Source of the DNA: a virus
DNA: 64,000 bases
IMG/VR virus record: IMGVR_UViG_3300028840_003271
Coordinates: 1-64,000 of that record
Strand: one strand, 5' to 3'
Shown here: in pieces, positions 48,728 through 58,894 of the stretch
How positions within the stretch are numbered: the first letter of the stretch is position 1
How the letters are laid out: the number at the start of each line of letters is the position of its first letter
The notes under the pieces: model-generated
What the model was told of the DNA's origin: nothing
What the model saw: only the letters and a program-made list of their open reading frames with translations
Database searches by the model: none
Made by a program: the position numbers and the translations under genes

Positions 48728-49130
48728 TTTGTAATTTGTGCCACAATTTTAATATTTCGTTAGTGGGTAAATTATGTTCTTCGTCTATTTTGTTTTTCTC
48801 AATAATATAATCTGACCACATTTTTGTAATATCTTCACTACTCATATGGTCAACCAATTCATATTCTTTTGGTTGTAGACGATATTCTGTTTTTTCAGAA
48901 ATTTCTTGTATTGCCAAATATATTCCTTTTGATTCATAACTGATTAAAATTACTGTTTCAAAATAATGTTCTGGTTTTCCAAACCAATTCCACTCTTCAA
49001 CATAAGTTTCAAACACCCATAAATTTGGAGGATTTGCTTCAAGTATATATTGTGGAGTTGTGTCTACTTCAAAAAAACCATATAATATAGACAACCATAC
49101 GGTTAAAACTATTTTACAAATAATCATCAC
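48711..49130 (-). CDS. Hypothetical protein with N-terminal hydrophobic segment
   Basis: 139-aa ORF. Confidence 0.5.
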   Translation of the reverse strand: MMIICKIVLTVWLSILYGFFEVDTTPQYILEANPPNLWVFETYVEEWNWFGKPEHYFETVILISYESKGIYLAIQEISEKTEYRLQPKEYELVDHMSSEDITKMWSDYIIEKNKIDEEHNLPTNEILKLWHKLQNEQID

Positions 49131-49217
49131 TTAAATCCTGTTTGTGTGTATTTCCAAATAATTTAGATGTAAAAATACACAATAATCCTAATGTTACACC
49201 TACACAAACACCAAATG

Positions 49218-50114
49218 CTATGTCGAACATATTATTCTCCCTTTTAGAGTTTTAACAATCAAACCTTGTCGTAACAAAAATGGTTCAATTTGGTTTTCAA
49301 TTGTGTCTTTGGACAAATTAGTGAGCGAACAAAGAGTATGAATACCAAGTGGAAATTTTGCGTTTTTTAACACTTGTAAATATTTTCTATCATTCAGTGT
49401 AAAACCCTTGTTATCAATTTGTAACATTTGCAAAGCAGACATAGCCACTGGTACATTAATAAAAGTGTGTCCTTTTGAAAAACAATAATCTCCTATCCAA
49501 CTTAACAAATGATTAGCAATTCGTGGAGTTCCCTTACTACATTTAGCAATAAAAGCGGCTGCTTCATAGTGTAGTTTTAATCCTAGTTTTGGACTGTTAT
49601 GAACTAATAAATCGGCTAATTCGTTAATTGAATATGTTGTTAAGCTCAATTTTACACCAAATCTGTCAAGTAAAGGTTTTGATAATGAACCACTATCTGT
49701 AGTAGCACCAATAAGAGTAAATTTTCCTAAATCTAAATTAAACGACGACTTTTCCCAAGTTAGAGTAATTTGAAAATCTTCCATGACTGGATATAATATT
49801 TCTTCAACTGCTGGAGCAATACGATGTATTTCGTCAATGAATAGTATAGAAAATGGTGTTATTTTACTCAAAACTGGTAATAAATGTTTGAGACTACGAA
49901 AATTTCCACCGTTTGTGATTTGAATATCTACACCAAATTCTTTTGCTATAATATACGCTAAAGTAGTTTTACCAGTTCCAGCAGGACCATTAAATAGTAT
50001 ATGAGGTAGAGACTTTTCCTGTTTTTTTGCTGAATTGATTAAAATTTGAAGACATTCTTTGGTTGTTTTTTGACCTATTACTTCTTGTAATTTAGACGGA
50101 CGAAAAGTATTCAT
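49218..50114 (-). CDS. ruvB: Holliday junction branch migration ATPase RuvB
   Basis: RP..L.E.IGQ, GPAGTGKT, FIDEIHR, EEILYPVMEDF, IGATT, DRFG, GTPRIA, EPFL...GR. Confidence 0.95.
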   Translation of the reverse strand: MNTFRPSKLQEVIGQKTTKECLQILINSAKKQEKSLPHILFNGPAGTGKTTLAYIIAKEFGVDIQITNGGNFRSLKHLLPVLSKITPFSILFIDEIHRIAPAVEEILYPVMEDFQITLTWEKSSFNLDLGKFTLIGATTDSGSLSKPLLDRFGVKLSLTTYSINELADLLVHNSPKLGLKLHYEAAAFIAKCSKGTPRIANHLLSWIGDYCFSKGHTFINVPVAMSALQMLQIDNKGFTLNDRKYLQVLKNAKFPLGIHTLCSLTNLSKDTIENQIEPFLLRQGLIVKTLKGRIICST

Positions 50115-50455
50115 ACATTATTTTCCATCCTCTTTAAAAGTTTTTTTACATCAGCACCATTTCGTAAATCAAACACCTCGTCTTCATCTATGTTTTTACG
50201 AATGTCTGATGCTGAGTATCCCTGTTGAAGAAGAAACGTTTTAACATCACAAAACCGAGACAGCACATCAAGTATGTTAAGATTATTAACACTAACATCT
50301 ATTTGTAATGGTTTGAGTTCTATAGCAATTTTACATATTGGACATAAAAATTCTCCCCCTTGTTTTGTTTCTTCTTGTTCAAGTTCAAATATACACGAAC
50401 AATGAGGACATTTATATTCAAAATATAAACAATAATCAATAGGTAACAAACTCAT
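50111..50455 (-). CDS. Zn-ribbon protein with RuvA domain III-like C-terminus
   Basis: CPHC...CPIC then DVKTFLLQQGYSASDIRKNI...DVKKLLKR; stop overlaps ruvB start (ATGA). Confidence 0.6.
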   Translation of the reverse strand: MSLLPIDYCLYFEYKCPHCSCIFELEQEETKQGGEFLCPICKIAIELKPLQIDVSVNNLNILDVLSRFCDVKTFLLQQGYSASDIRKNIDEDEVFDLRNGADVKKLLKRMENNV

Positions 50456-50691
50456 TCGTCTTCTCCAGAGGTTCGATAAACATCTGAATTTTTAATTTTA
50501 AATTTTGCTCTGCGTAGATTACGAAACCCCCTTTCGTCTACGCAGAAATAATAGTCTAATGTTTCTCCGTGTGCTAACTTTAATGCTTTTTCACACGCAT
50601 GAATTGGACTAGTTGCCATAACCAATCTTTGTAATTGTCCTGATTTTACATAGTATTTTGTATATTCAGGTTTTGTTGGTTTGTTTGTCAT
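50452..50691 (-). CDS. Hypothetical protein
   Basis: KYYVKSG.L...A...A, VDERGF. Confidence 0.55.
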   Translation of the reverse strand: MTNKPTKPEYTKYYVKSGQLQRLVMATSPIHACEKALKLAHGETLDYYFCVDERGFRNLRRAKFKIKNSDVYRTSGEDE

Positions 50692-50694
50692 AAA

Positions 50695-51654
50695 TCACTT
50701 ACAAAACCTCCCAAATTGGTCTCTCTTGTTCCAGTATTTACTATAACCATGATAACCATAGTTGTTATTTATTGTCATATCAAGTTTATCTTGTTCATCC
50801 CAATTTTCTTCATCAACATCTTCCTTGTCATAATCATTCCATTCATATTCATCATCTATATCATAGTCATTTCCTTGAACTTCCACCTTAGGAGCAACGT
50901 AAGCGGTGCTTCCAAGACTATCATATAAAGTATGAGTAAGTGCTCCTTCACAAACCTTTAAAACTTCATAAGAACAGGTTCTCAATTTTTGACATGAACA
51001 ATCAGTAGGAACAGAAACTACATCTTTAGGATTAATTTTAACTACCATCATTTTACAACTACAACCACCATAATTTCTAGCATATTCTAAAGTTCCAGCA
51101 TGAAAACCATAAGAACATCCTCGATTTCTATCATCATCAACACTACCTCTTGACATTGAAACAACTTGACCAACTGAATTATCTATTTTCTTTGAATAAA
51201 TATCCTTATTATCTTGAGTTACTGCTTTATAAGCAAGAAAACATCCGTCATCAGTAATAGGTAGGTTGTGATGACTAAGAAAATCAAACAACTCTTTTTG
51301 TGATTGATAAGAAGGATTAGAGTTTAAATTACGGAGAAAAGAAAGCAAATGTTCAAACGGAAGTCTATCTCGAACATATTCCTTTACTCGATTGGTAAGT
51401 TCATTATGAATAACTTTTCTATTGAGATACACTTCTCCATTTCGATATTCGACTGTTCCTTGTCCATGAGTGTTTACATAGTCTGATAAATATTGATCTG
51501 CTTGGTTTAATAGTTTTTGAAGTTCTACTACATCATTATTAGACAATGCTTCTTTTACTCGACTAAAAACCCAATGGTCTGAATTAACAGTATAAGTATT
51601 ACCATCCAGAAAAATACTAATTGACGAATCGGTTGAAATAAACGGAACTGACAT
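50695..51654 (-). CDS. rIIB: rIIB-like protein
   Basis: NPS...ELFDFL..LPITDDGCFLAYKAV, DNSVG..V.M.R..VDDD...CS.G.H, VKINPKDVVSVP.D..KLRTC.YEV; directly follows rIIA. Confidence 0.85.
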   Translation of the reverse strand: MSVPFISTDSSISIFLDGNTYTVNSDHWVFSRVKEALSNNDVVELQKLLNQADQYLSDYVNTHGQGTVEYRNGEVYLNRKVIHNELTNRVKEYVRDRLPFEHLLSFLRNLNSNPSYQSQKELFDFLSHHNLPITDDGCFLAYKAVTQDNKDIYSKKIDNSVGQVVSMSRGSVDDDRNRGCSYGFHAGTLEYARNYGGCSCKMMVVKINPKDVVSVPTDCSCQKLRTCSYEVLKVCEGALTHTLYDSLGSTAYVAPKVEVQGNDYDIDDEYEWNDYDKEDVDEENWDEQDKLDMTINNNYGYHGYSKYWNKRDQFGRFCK

Positions 51655-51697
51655 TTGTAACTCCTTTGTTTTTTTAGAACTAGTTAAGACTTAAGAC

Positions 51698-53779
51698 TTA
51701 AGACTGATTTTTATCTACAAGATTAATATAATCTATCCAATCTGATGAAGATGGAGAATTATATAAAACACATGCTAATAGGGGATATTTTTCAAGTAAG
51801 ATTTGTTCATTTAATCCAAAATCTCGTGCTTGAATATCTTGGTCAAAAATTATACAACGTAATTTACTAAGTGACTGTAATTCGGATTGTAATTTACTAT
51901 ATTGTTTTTCGTATTTTCTACTTTTCTCCATAAGTTGTTTAAATAAACCACTAGACAATAATAAACTGTTTTTATCATCGAGAATTTTGCTAAAAATATC
52001 TCTTAAATTTTTGAAATTGTGTCTATAGACATAATACTCCAATAGTTCTTGTAAATTGTGTTTTTTCAAATAATCATTATATTGTTTTTCTAACCACTTC
52101 CAAAAACTTTCACAGACATGTGTATTAGATACATTCTTAACAAACTTATCTGCATAAGCATTTTTTACTCCTATAATTGGTGGTATGGAAATTTTTAGAT
52201 TTTTCAAATTATTTATAATATCTGTAATTCGATTTGGTAATATTGTTGGTGTTTTTAGTGGTGGTTTAATTACTTTATAGTTTGCAATTGGTATGTAAAG
52301 AAAATCTTTAACATCAGATAAATTAACATCTTTCCAACAAGGTTTTATACAACGACGATAAAACGAACGATTAGCATCAAATATATAATATTTATCTCTA
52401 TTTACCATTATTGTATTGTTTGTATTTTTCTTACGAGATGGTTTTGGTAAAGTGCTACTAAATATTAATTGAGAAAAAGGAATACCTACTGTTAGACAAA
52501 AATCTTTAAGGGATTTGTCGTCATATTCACTAATAACGTAAATATGGTCATATTTTCCAGAATTTAATAATTCTTTTGAGCGAACAAACGGACCAGCACT
52601 ATCGTTGACTACAAATCCTACTTTAGACCAAGCAACAATTTGACTTGGTTTATGTGTCAATTGGTGAGTCTTGTTTAAATGTTTAACTTTTACTGGTAAA
52701 TTTCGACACTTAATAAAGTGATTTGCATTTTGACCTTGCCATTGAGCATCGTTTAATAATGTTCGAATAAATCCAGAATTTGCATTATTATATTTTGAGC
52801 GTACAAATTGTCTCGCTTCCCATAAAGTTTTACATTTTAATATACCGTTCGTAACTTGTGATGAAATTTCAGACTTTACTTTATCCAATTTCGATTTAAT
52901 ATTATCTACTGTGTGTGAATTATATTGTAGTCCTTCACGAGAAACATTAACATCAAGTTTTCCAAGATTAAAATACAAATCAAGATTAGTATTTAGTATT
53001 GAATAATAACCTGAGTGATAATTACCAAATTTATCGTTATGTTTTTCTATTGGATAAGCGACATTACCCATAATAGCATTAACAGTTTGTGGATATGTAT
53101 TTTCATACATTTTCCAATCTTTATCTTTACCTTCAAACACTACCGATTTATTTTCTATAGGTATTGTTGGATGGGTTTTTGGAATTGGAGAAAATCTTTC
53201 TACAACTTGCTTTGCCTTTTTTTGAAATAAAGACACATCACTACTTTTAACTCCAAAAGAAATTTCCACACCATTACCATCTCCGTTAGCTGACGCTTCT
53301 CCTAGTTTATGTAGTGTTGGTAATCCACGACTATCTTTAGCAACCACATATGTTGTAGAAATTCCATTATATCTTGAAATTATTGTAAAACTATCAGTAT
53401 AAGCAAGTGGTGATTTACTACCCAATCCCATACATCCAATTAACTCGTTTGTATGAGTTTTATCTGATAATCCATATACTGTGTATATATTATGAATATC
53501 TTCTGAAGATAAACCAGTTCCAAAATCTTTTACTTTGAAAACTGGATCATTACATGTTGGTAAAGTAATTTCAAACGGAATTTCTTTTTTACCTGCTGTT
53601 ATATGACTATCATAAGCATTTGTTGCTAGTTCACGAATTGGTGCTAGAATTTTGTCAGAATAAAGACTGTCACTTAAAAGTTGCATAAGATGTGGAGTAT
53701 TGGCAACACGAAAATTGATACTTTCTTCGTGATTAATACCAGATGTTTTTATTCCACTTGATGGTGTAGAAATTTTCAC
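51698..53779 (-). CDS. rIIA: rIIA-like protein with GHKL (HSP90-like) ATPase N-terminus
   Basis: LYSDKILAPIRELATNAYD, KDFGTG, GCMGLGSKSP, MGNVAYPI, SREGLQY. Confidence 0.85.
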   Translation of the reverse strand: MKISTPSSGIKTSGINHEESINFRVANTPHLMQLLSDSLYSDKILAPIRELATNAYDSHITAGKKEIPFEITLPTCNDPVFKVKDFGTGLSSEDIHNIYTVYGLSDKTHTNELIGCMGLGSKSPLAYTDSFTIISRYNGISTTYVVAKDSRGLPTLHKLGEASANGDGNGVEISFGVKSSDVSLFQKKAKQVVERFSPIPKTHPTIPIENKSVVFEGKDKDWKMYENTYPQTVNAIMGNVAYPIEKHNDKFGNYHSGYYSILNTNLDLYFNLGKLDVNVSREGLQYNSHTVDNIKSKLDKVKSEISSQVTNGILKCKTLWEARQFVRSKYNNANSGFIRTLLNDAQWQGQNANHFIKCRNLPVKVKHLNKTHQLTHKPSQIVAWSKVGFVVNDSAGPFVRSKELLNSGKYDHIYVISEYDDKSLKDFCLTVGIPFSQLIFSSTLPKPSRKKNTNNTIMVNRDKYYIFDANRSFYRRCIKPCWKDVNLSDVKDFLYIPIANYKVIKPPLKTPTILPNRITDIINNLKNLKISIPPIIGVKNAYADKFVKNVSNTHVCESFWKWLEKQYNDYLKKHNLQELLEYYVYRHNFKNLRDIFSKILDDKNSLLLSSGLFKQLMEKSRKYEKQYSKLQSELQSLSKLRCIIFDQDIQARDFGLNEQILLEKYPLLACVLYNSPSSSDWIDYINLVDKNQS

Positions 53780-53831
53780 TACACTTCTCCAACTAAAGAA
53801 AAATTATTGAGAATAAAAATAATATACACAA

Positions 53832-54341
53832 TTAAAAAGGTATTTCTGCGTCGTTCAGTCTGTCTTTAAGTTTGTTAAAATCGTTTTCAGTTAAATAGTG
53901 TATAGTAAAACTGCTTTCGCTATTAATACCATTTAAATTACAATCTTCAGAACGAACATTTTCTAAAACTATATCTGGAAATCCGTTTCTTGAAATAGTA
54001 ATTGTTAATTCTGTTTCTAGTTGTGGAGAAATGGCATAAATTGTATCACCAACAATATAAACGTTATATCCATCGTATTGATAATCGGTTTTTATTTTTC
54101 CTGAATAATTAAACGGAAGCGAAGATATTGATACAGATTTCCAATCTTGGATTTCTTTTAAATTGCAAATTTTATGGACATAAAAATTACGATAACCATT
54201 GGAAAGAAAATCCCATACTCGAACAAGTTTAGTATTAGGAGTATCATCATAAGATTCTGTTATAGAAAATACAATAAATAATCTTTTTTTTGATCTATAG
54301 ATTCCAGAATAGATTCTATTTTTTTCAATTTGAACTGACAT
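53832..54341 (-). CDS. Hypothetical protein with WYL-like N-terminus
   Basis: Y....R....V.VWD....YRNFYVHKI. Confidence 0.45.
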   Translation of the reverse strand: MSVQIEKNRIYSGIYRSKKRLFIVFSITESYDDTPNTKLVRVWDFLSNGYRNFYVHKICNLKEIQDWKSVSISSLPFNYSGKIKTDYQYDGYNVYIVGDTIYAISPQLETELTITISRNGFPDIVLENVRSEDCNLNGINSESSFTIHYLTENDFNKLKDRLNDAEIPF

Positions 54342-54363
54342 TTTTTTCTCCTTTAATTTTTAT

Positions 54364-55374
54364 TTAAGATGCCAATGACAAAGCAGTTTTTAAAGCCTTA
54401 TCATTAAGTTTAAGACCAGTACCAAACCACAAATTGTTAAGACGATTATTATTTCGTCCAAGTTCATAATTTAAATACTCATTTACACCAGAATATGCAC
54501 TCCAATAAGTATTACGAATTACTGGATTAGTATTACCTCGTCCAGTTTCACAGAGTTCAATAATACGATTAATTTTGTTCTTAGTTCTTGTTTTAATTTT
54601 TTCGTCAGGAATTTCATCTACATCCAAGACGAGTTTGACATACTTTCTTAAATCTTTAGTGTTAATTTGTTTAGTAGCCAAGTAAGCATACTTTTCTGCC
54701 GTAGCTTCAAATTCAGCATCTACAGTATTCATAATATCTCGAATATCATTTAGGTTGTTGTGTAATTGACTAGTATGTCTTACTCTCAATAATTTAGAAG
54801 AATTATTACTATGAGCAAACCCCAAAGTGTTCGAGCACACAACGCGTATTGGTGTATATCCTACTCTAACAGCAGAACTTCCATCATGTGAGTTTGACAG
54901 AAGAATAAATTTACACACTTCATCATTTTTAGCAACAATTGATGGTTTCTTATTGAGTTGTGCCAAAACCCAAACCTTTGAACCACCACAAAGACTGCCG
55001 GCAGTATGTAAACTACACAATTTAGCATCCAAAAATGGTTGAAACCATTCAAAAGCCTCCTTGTTTTGTAATGGATTATAAGAAGGTCCAACTACTCCCA
55101 ATACTTTATTATCTGTTGAACGAACTACTGCTTGAGAACGAACATTTGGTTTTACTTCAGGAGTATCACAAAATTGGTCAAGTTTATGAGCATAGTTAAC
55201 CGCTGATTGTGCTTGTGGAAGTGTAACCAAATTTTGAAGCTTTACTTCCCAATCCATTCCTGATTTTTCCAATCCCTTTTTAATCGAAAGATTTTCTCCT
55301 TCAGGAATATAGGTTCCTTCACCATGCCACGGAGTTTTTCCAACAAACATCATACTTTCAACTTCTGCTGACAT
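54364..55374 (-). CDS. DUF932-family phage/plasmid protein
   Basis: PWHG.G, LGVVG..Y.PLQN, TAGSL.GG..VW, NSHDGS, TPIRVVC.NT, VRHT. Confidence 0.9.
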   Translation of the reverse strand: MSAEVESMMFVGKTPWHGEGTYIPEGENLSIKKGLEKSGMDWEVKLQNLVTLPQAQSAVNYAHKLDQFCDTPEVKPNVRSQAVVRSTDNKVLGVVGPSYNPLQNKEAFEWFQPFLDAKLCSLHTAGSLCGGSKVWVLAQLNKKPSIVAKNDEVCKFILLSNSHDGSSAVRVGYTPIRVVCSNTLGFAHSNNSSKLLRVRHTSQLHNNLNDIRDIMNTVDAEFEATAEKYAYLATKQINTKDLRKYVKLVLDVDEIPDEKIKTRTKNKINRIIELCETGRGNTNPVIRNTYWSAYSGVNEYLNYELGRNNNRLNNLWFGTGLKLNDKALKTALSLAS

Positions 55375-55439
55375 CTTACTTTCTCCTATATTTAAGAGAA
55401 TAAAAAATTAAAACATCAATGGATAACGAATACACACAA

Positions 55440-56036
55440 TTATTTTTCTTTCATTAATTTAACAGGACTAAGGGATGGATGAAAACTAAACTCGACTCCA
55501 TCTTTATGCTTTTCATTTATTGAACAATAATAACTTCCCCAATTTGTTCTTCCTTGATGAGAATCCAATTCTATTGATCGTTTTCTATCAAATACTTCTT
55601 TGATTAAACAACATCCACACATTTCGGCACATTTTTCAAGTAAAGGTAAAGAAAAAGCATATCCACCATAATAACTTTTTCCAACTATTAGTGTTACTTC
55701 ACTACAAGGTCCAAATTCTTGTTGGTTTACACAACTTGCTCGACTAGACCACGGACCTTTCAATATCTTATCAGTTCCATTTTTCATTTTAATGTTAAAG
55801 TGACACCCTCCAAATCCATTTCCAGGTCGTTTATAATAGAAAAATTTATAAATTCCTTCATATTCTGCTACGTATAATCCATTTTTTTCTTCAAAAATAA
55901 AATTATCCGGTTCTGGTATCTTATCTACCAAAACCTCAAATGTAGGTGAGTTAGCGTAATCTTTATACCAACGAACTCTACAATTTATAATTTTCATGCT
56001 TCCGATCTTTACATGAGAGAATAGACATATGTACAC
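55440..56036 (-). CDS. Hypothetical phage protein (probably starts at MKIINC)
   Basis: GFGG..F...M..G....LKGPWSSR. Confidence 0.6.
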   Translation of the reverse strand: MYICLFSHVKIGSMKIINCRVRWYKDYANSPTFEVLVDKIPEPDNFIFEEKNGLYVAEYEGIYKFFYYKRPGNGFGGCHFNIKMKNGTDKILKGPWSSRASCVNQQEFGPCSEVTLIVGKSYYGGYAFSLPLLEKCAEMCGCCLIKEVFDRKRSIELDSHQGRTNWGSYYCSINEKHKDGVEFSFHPSLSPVKLMKEK

Positions 56037-56460
56037 TCAAATCCCTTATGAGAATATCTTCATATTTATTATGGTAACAATTGGAACATATATACCGTTC
56101 TTGTTCTTCTTTGTAATTATAGTCACTAATCATATTAGTTTCGTAAAAGATTTTAAAACAAATTGGACAAGTTCTTAAACTGTTTATGTCTATGTCTATA
56201 TTCATTTGAATTCGTTTTTCAAACTCGTTCTTAGTTTCATTGTCCTTCATATTACAATATTCTTGACCTAAATAAACTGAACTAGGATAATTATTTGGAT
56301 CACCATAAAAGAAACAAACACCCAATTCTTTAAGAATTAAACCCTTTTCTTGTGCTAACTCTTCTACTCTTTCGTCAAATTCAGATTCTTTTGAACTAAT
56401 ACCAAAAATAGTAAAACTGGTTGAATTGGAATTAGATACAAAACCCTGTCTAATTTTCAT
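55978..56460 (-). CDS. MKIRxGFVSNSSSSSF-family protein 5 (C-terminal CxxC..CxxC)
   Basis: N-terminus MKIRQGFVSNSNSTSF. Confidence 0.8.
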   Translation of the reverse strand: MKIRQGFVSNSNSTSFTIFGISSKESEFDERVEELAQEKGLILKELGVCFFYGDPNNYPSSVYLGQEYCNMKDNETKNEFEKRIQMNIDIDINSLRTCPICFKIFYETNMISDYNYKEEQERYICSNCYHNKYEDILIRDLSVHMSILSCKDRKHENYKL

Positions 56461-56473
56461 AATTTTTTCCTTC

Positions 56474-56565
56474 TTATTGTGTTAGAAAATCAACTACTTC
56501 GTGTGAAAAATTTAACTTTTGTGCTACATATAAAAATAATGAGTGTCTGCTGTAAAATATATCAC
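56474..56565 (-). pseudogene. Remnant of a calcineurin-like metallophosphoesterase
   Basis: GTG overlapping the upstream TGA gives (M)IYFTADTH, the DxH motif-1 N-terminus, then a stop at codon 14. Confidence 0.5.
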
Positions 56566-56855
56566 ATACTCTCTCCTTCCACATGTTCTAAATTTACTCC
56601 AATACTTTGAAGATATTCGTTTACTTTATTTATATCGTGTTGTTCCATTACTCCATGAAAATAATATTTTCCATTTACAATAAAAGTTTCTGTACTTAAT
56701 CTTTTTGTCCAGTCTACATTTTTATCGTTTGCTAAATCTTTTTGATATTTTAACCACTTATCAAACAAAACTATTTGTTTTTCTGTTATAAAGTTTTTAC
56801 CAAGCACAAAACTCGACGACGACGAATTACTTACAAATCCACTTCTAATCTTCAT
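56562..56855 (-). CDS. MKIRxGFVSNSSSSSF-family protein 4
   Basis: N-terminus MKIRSGFVSNSSSSSFV. Confidence 0.85.
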   Translation of the reverse strand: MKIRSGFVSNSSSSSFVLGKNFITEKQIVLFDKWLKYQKDLANDKNVDWTKRLSTETFIVNGKYYFHGVMEQHDINKVNEYLQSIGVNLEHVEGESM

Positions 56856-57321
56856 TTAAGAAATCCTCAATAGGTATTTTGTGATAACCCACTTTAATTG
56901 CTTCTGTATTCAAATCATTATAAGCACCATATGTTTCCATATATGTTCCATAATTATATGCTTTAATAACGTAATCATCTTTATTACAATAAAAAATATG
57001 TTCATGACCATAATGACAACAAGCACTAAATGAAATTTTATTCTCGATAAGAAACTTAATTATATCATCTTGATTACAAACTACACTATATATTAATGAA
57101 TTAGCATCGTTTGGTAAAACTTTATTTTTATCGTATAAAAATCCGTGTTCAAGATGAGAAGGATGTAAACAACTAGAAAACACAAAACCATAATCTAATA
57201 ATTTTTGTGTTTGTAATGGTGTTAAATTGTTTAATAAATTATCTGTATGAAAAAAACCTTTAATCTTTACTACAAATGATGAAGACGAACTATTTGATAC
57301 AAATCCTTGTCTAATTTTCAT
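56845..57321 (-). CDS. MKIRxGFVSNSSSSSF-family protein 3
   Basis: N-terminus MKIRQGFVSNSSSSSFV. Confidence 0.85.
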   Translation of the reverse strand: MKIRQGFVSNSSSSSFVVKIKGFFHTDNLLNNLTPLQTQKLLDYGFVFSSCLHPSHLEHGFLYDKNKVLPNDANSLIYSVVCNQDDIIKFLIENKISFSACCHYGHEHIFYCNKDDYVIKAYNYGTYMETYGAYNDLNTEAIKVGYHKIPIEDFLNED

Positions 57322-57330
57322 TCTTAACTC

Positions 57331-57831
57331 CTAATAATTATCATTGTCTGTTTGAATATAACTATCTTCAGAAAAAAGAAACTTTTCAAGAATTTCGTCA
57401 CTATCAAAGATTTCCATATTTTGATTTTCAGAAGCATTAGATTCGTGGTCAATATATCCATGTTGTTCAGAATTCCAATCATTCCAGCTAGATGGCCAAA
57501 TGAACGCTTTAATTGATGGAATATTTTTTACTAATACTTTTTCTAACATTGACAAATATTGATTACTATATATACTGTTTTCATTATAATTTCTTTTTGG
57601 TTCAGCATATTGACTTTGATAAAAAGCCCATAGAACTTTTGAACCCAAATCATAATACTTTTCAGGGTCCCACCCAAATTCTTTAGTACCAAATATTTTG
57701 TGAACATCAAGAACACCCATTGTATCAACATATTCATCAAACTTTTTAATAAAATTAGTGCTAATTTTACGTCCAACACATACAAAACTTGACGATGATG
57801 AATTACTAACAAAACCATTACGAATTTTCAT
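57331..57831 (-). CDS. MKIRxGFVSNSSSSSF-family protein 2
   Basis: N-terminus MKIRNGFVSNSSSSSFV. Confidence 0.85.
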   Translation of the reverse strand: MKIRNGFVSNSSSSSFVCVGRKISTNFIKKFDEYVDTMGVLDVHKIFGTKEFGWDPEKYYDLGSKVLWAFYQSQYAEPKRNYNENSIYSNQYLSMLEKVLVKNIPSIKAFIWPSSWNDWNSEQHGYIDHESNASENQNMEIFDSDEILEKFLFSEDSYIQTDNDNY

Positions 57832-57849
57832 TTTATTTCTCCCTAATTT

Positions 57850-58893
57850 TTACTCCAAGTTATAAACAAAACAGCTTCGACCATTATTTAAAAGACGACG
57901 ACGCCATTTAATCAGACGTGGATTGGTCCACACATCTTTATGAAAGTCGTTACAGTTTAAAATATCAATGCCTTGCTCCCATTCTGACTCACCTTCAACA
58001 AACGAACACGGAAATCCAAAACCGTTACAATTAATGTAAAATGAAAATAGTGAACTTTCACAAGGTTCCACATATTCGCTCAGTTTGTCATAGTTTGGTC
58101 TGTCTTTAATTGCTGACAAATATATTCCAGCAGAACAGGAATCGAAACCATAAGCAACTCCTAATTGTTCACATAATTGAATAAGTTCACGATATTTATT
58201 AACATCTCGAAGGCTATGATAACCGGACTGTTTACCTTTACCTTTTGGTTTAAATTGTAAAAATACAATAGCATTTAATTTTGACAGACGAGAATCGGTA
58301 GAAATATCTTGTACAACCTGTTTTGCTTTTTCAAAAGTTTCTTCTGCTAATACAAAGTGGATATTAACTTGTTTCATTCCAACATCGGTAAACTTTTGTA
58401 TAGCATTATAGCTTGATTCCTTGTTAACAATACTTACTGCTACAGCACCCAATAATTGAGATGCTTTTTGAGCAACTTCATCAGTTACACCTAATCCATT
58501 ACAAGTAAGATTTGGAATTACTCCTTTTTCTTCTCTTAAAAATTGACAAATTTGCCAAAGTTTAGGATGGCTATCAATATCACAAATACCCAAGGCAACT
58601 TGACACACCGTGTTTGGAATTTTACTCCACAACTTTCTAAAAGTTTTCAAACTCATATATCGTCGTAACTCATTACTACCATTAGACTTATAACACCACC
58701 GACAATTTCCTGAACAGTACCCCTCACTAATTTCAATGTCTAAAAGTTCAACCGATGGAGCATATTGTGGATCATCTTCTTTTGTTTCTCCCCAACGAGC
58801 AAAAAAACCATTCTTTTTTGAGAAGAAAAAATTATAGTCGGGTGAAATGCAAATCTTACATTGTGGATAATCAAGAATTTGCACATTATTCAT
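57850..58893 (-). CDS. Radical SAM enzyme with twitch/SPASM-like C-terminus, embedded in the MKIR array
   Basis: CSGNCRWC; GFDSC, PCES..S.YIN..G...PCSF, C-terminal RSC; start set at MNNVQ, 1 nt after the upstream stop. Confidence 0.9.
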   Translation of the reverse strand: MNNVQILDYPQCKICISPDYNFFFSKKNGFFARWGETKEDDPQYAPSVELLDIEISEGYCSGNCRWCYKSNGSNELRRYMSLKTFRKLWSKIPNTVCQVALGICDIDSHPKLWQICQFLREEKGVIPNLTCNGLGVTDEVAQKASQLLGAVAVSIVNKESSYNAIQKFTDVGMKQVNIHFVLAEETFEKAKQVVQDISTDSRLSKLNAIVFLQFKPKGKGKQSGYHSLRDVNKYRELIQLCEQLGVAYGFDSCSAGIYLSAIKDRPNYDKLSEYVEPCESSLFSFYINCNGFGFPCSFVEGESEWEQGIDILNCNDFHKDVWTNPRLIKWRRRLLNNGRSCFVYNLE

Positions 58894-58894
58894 T

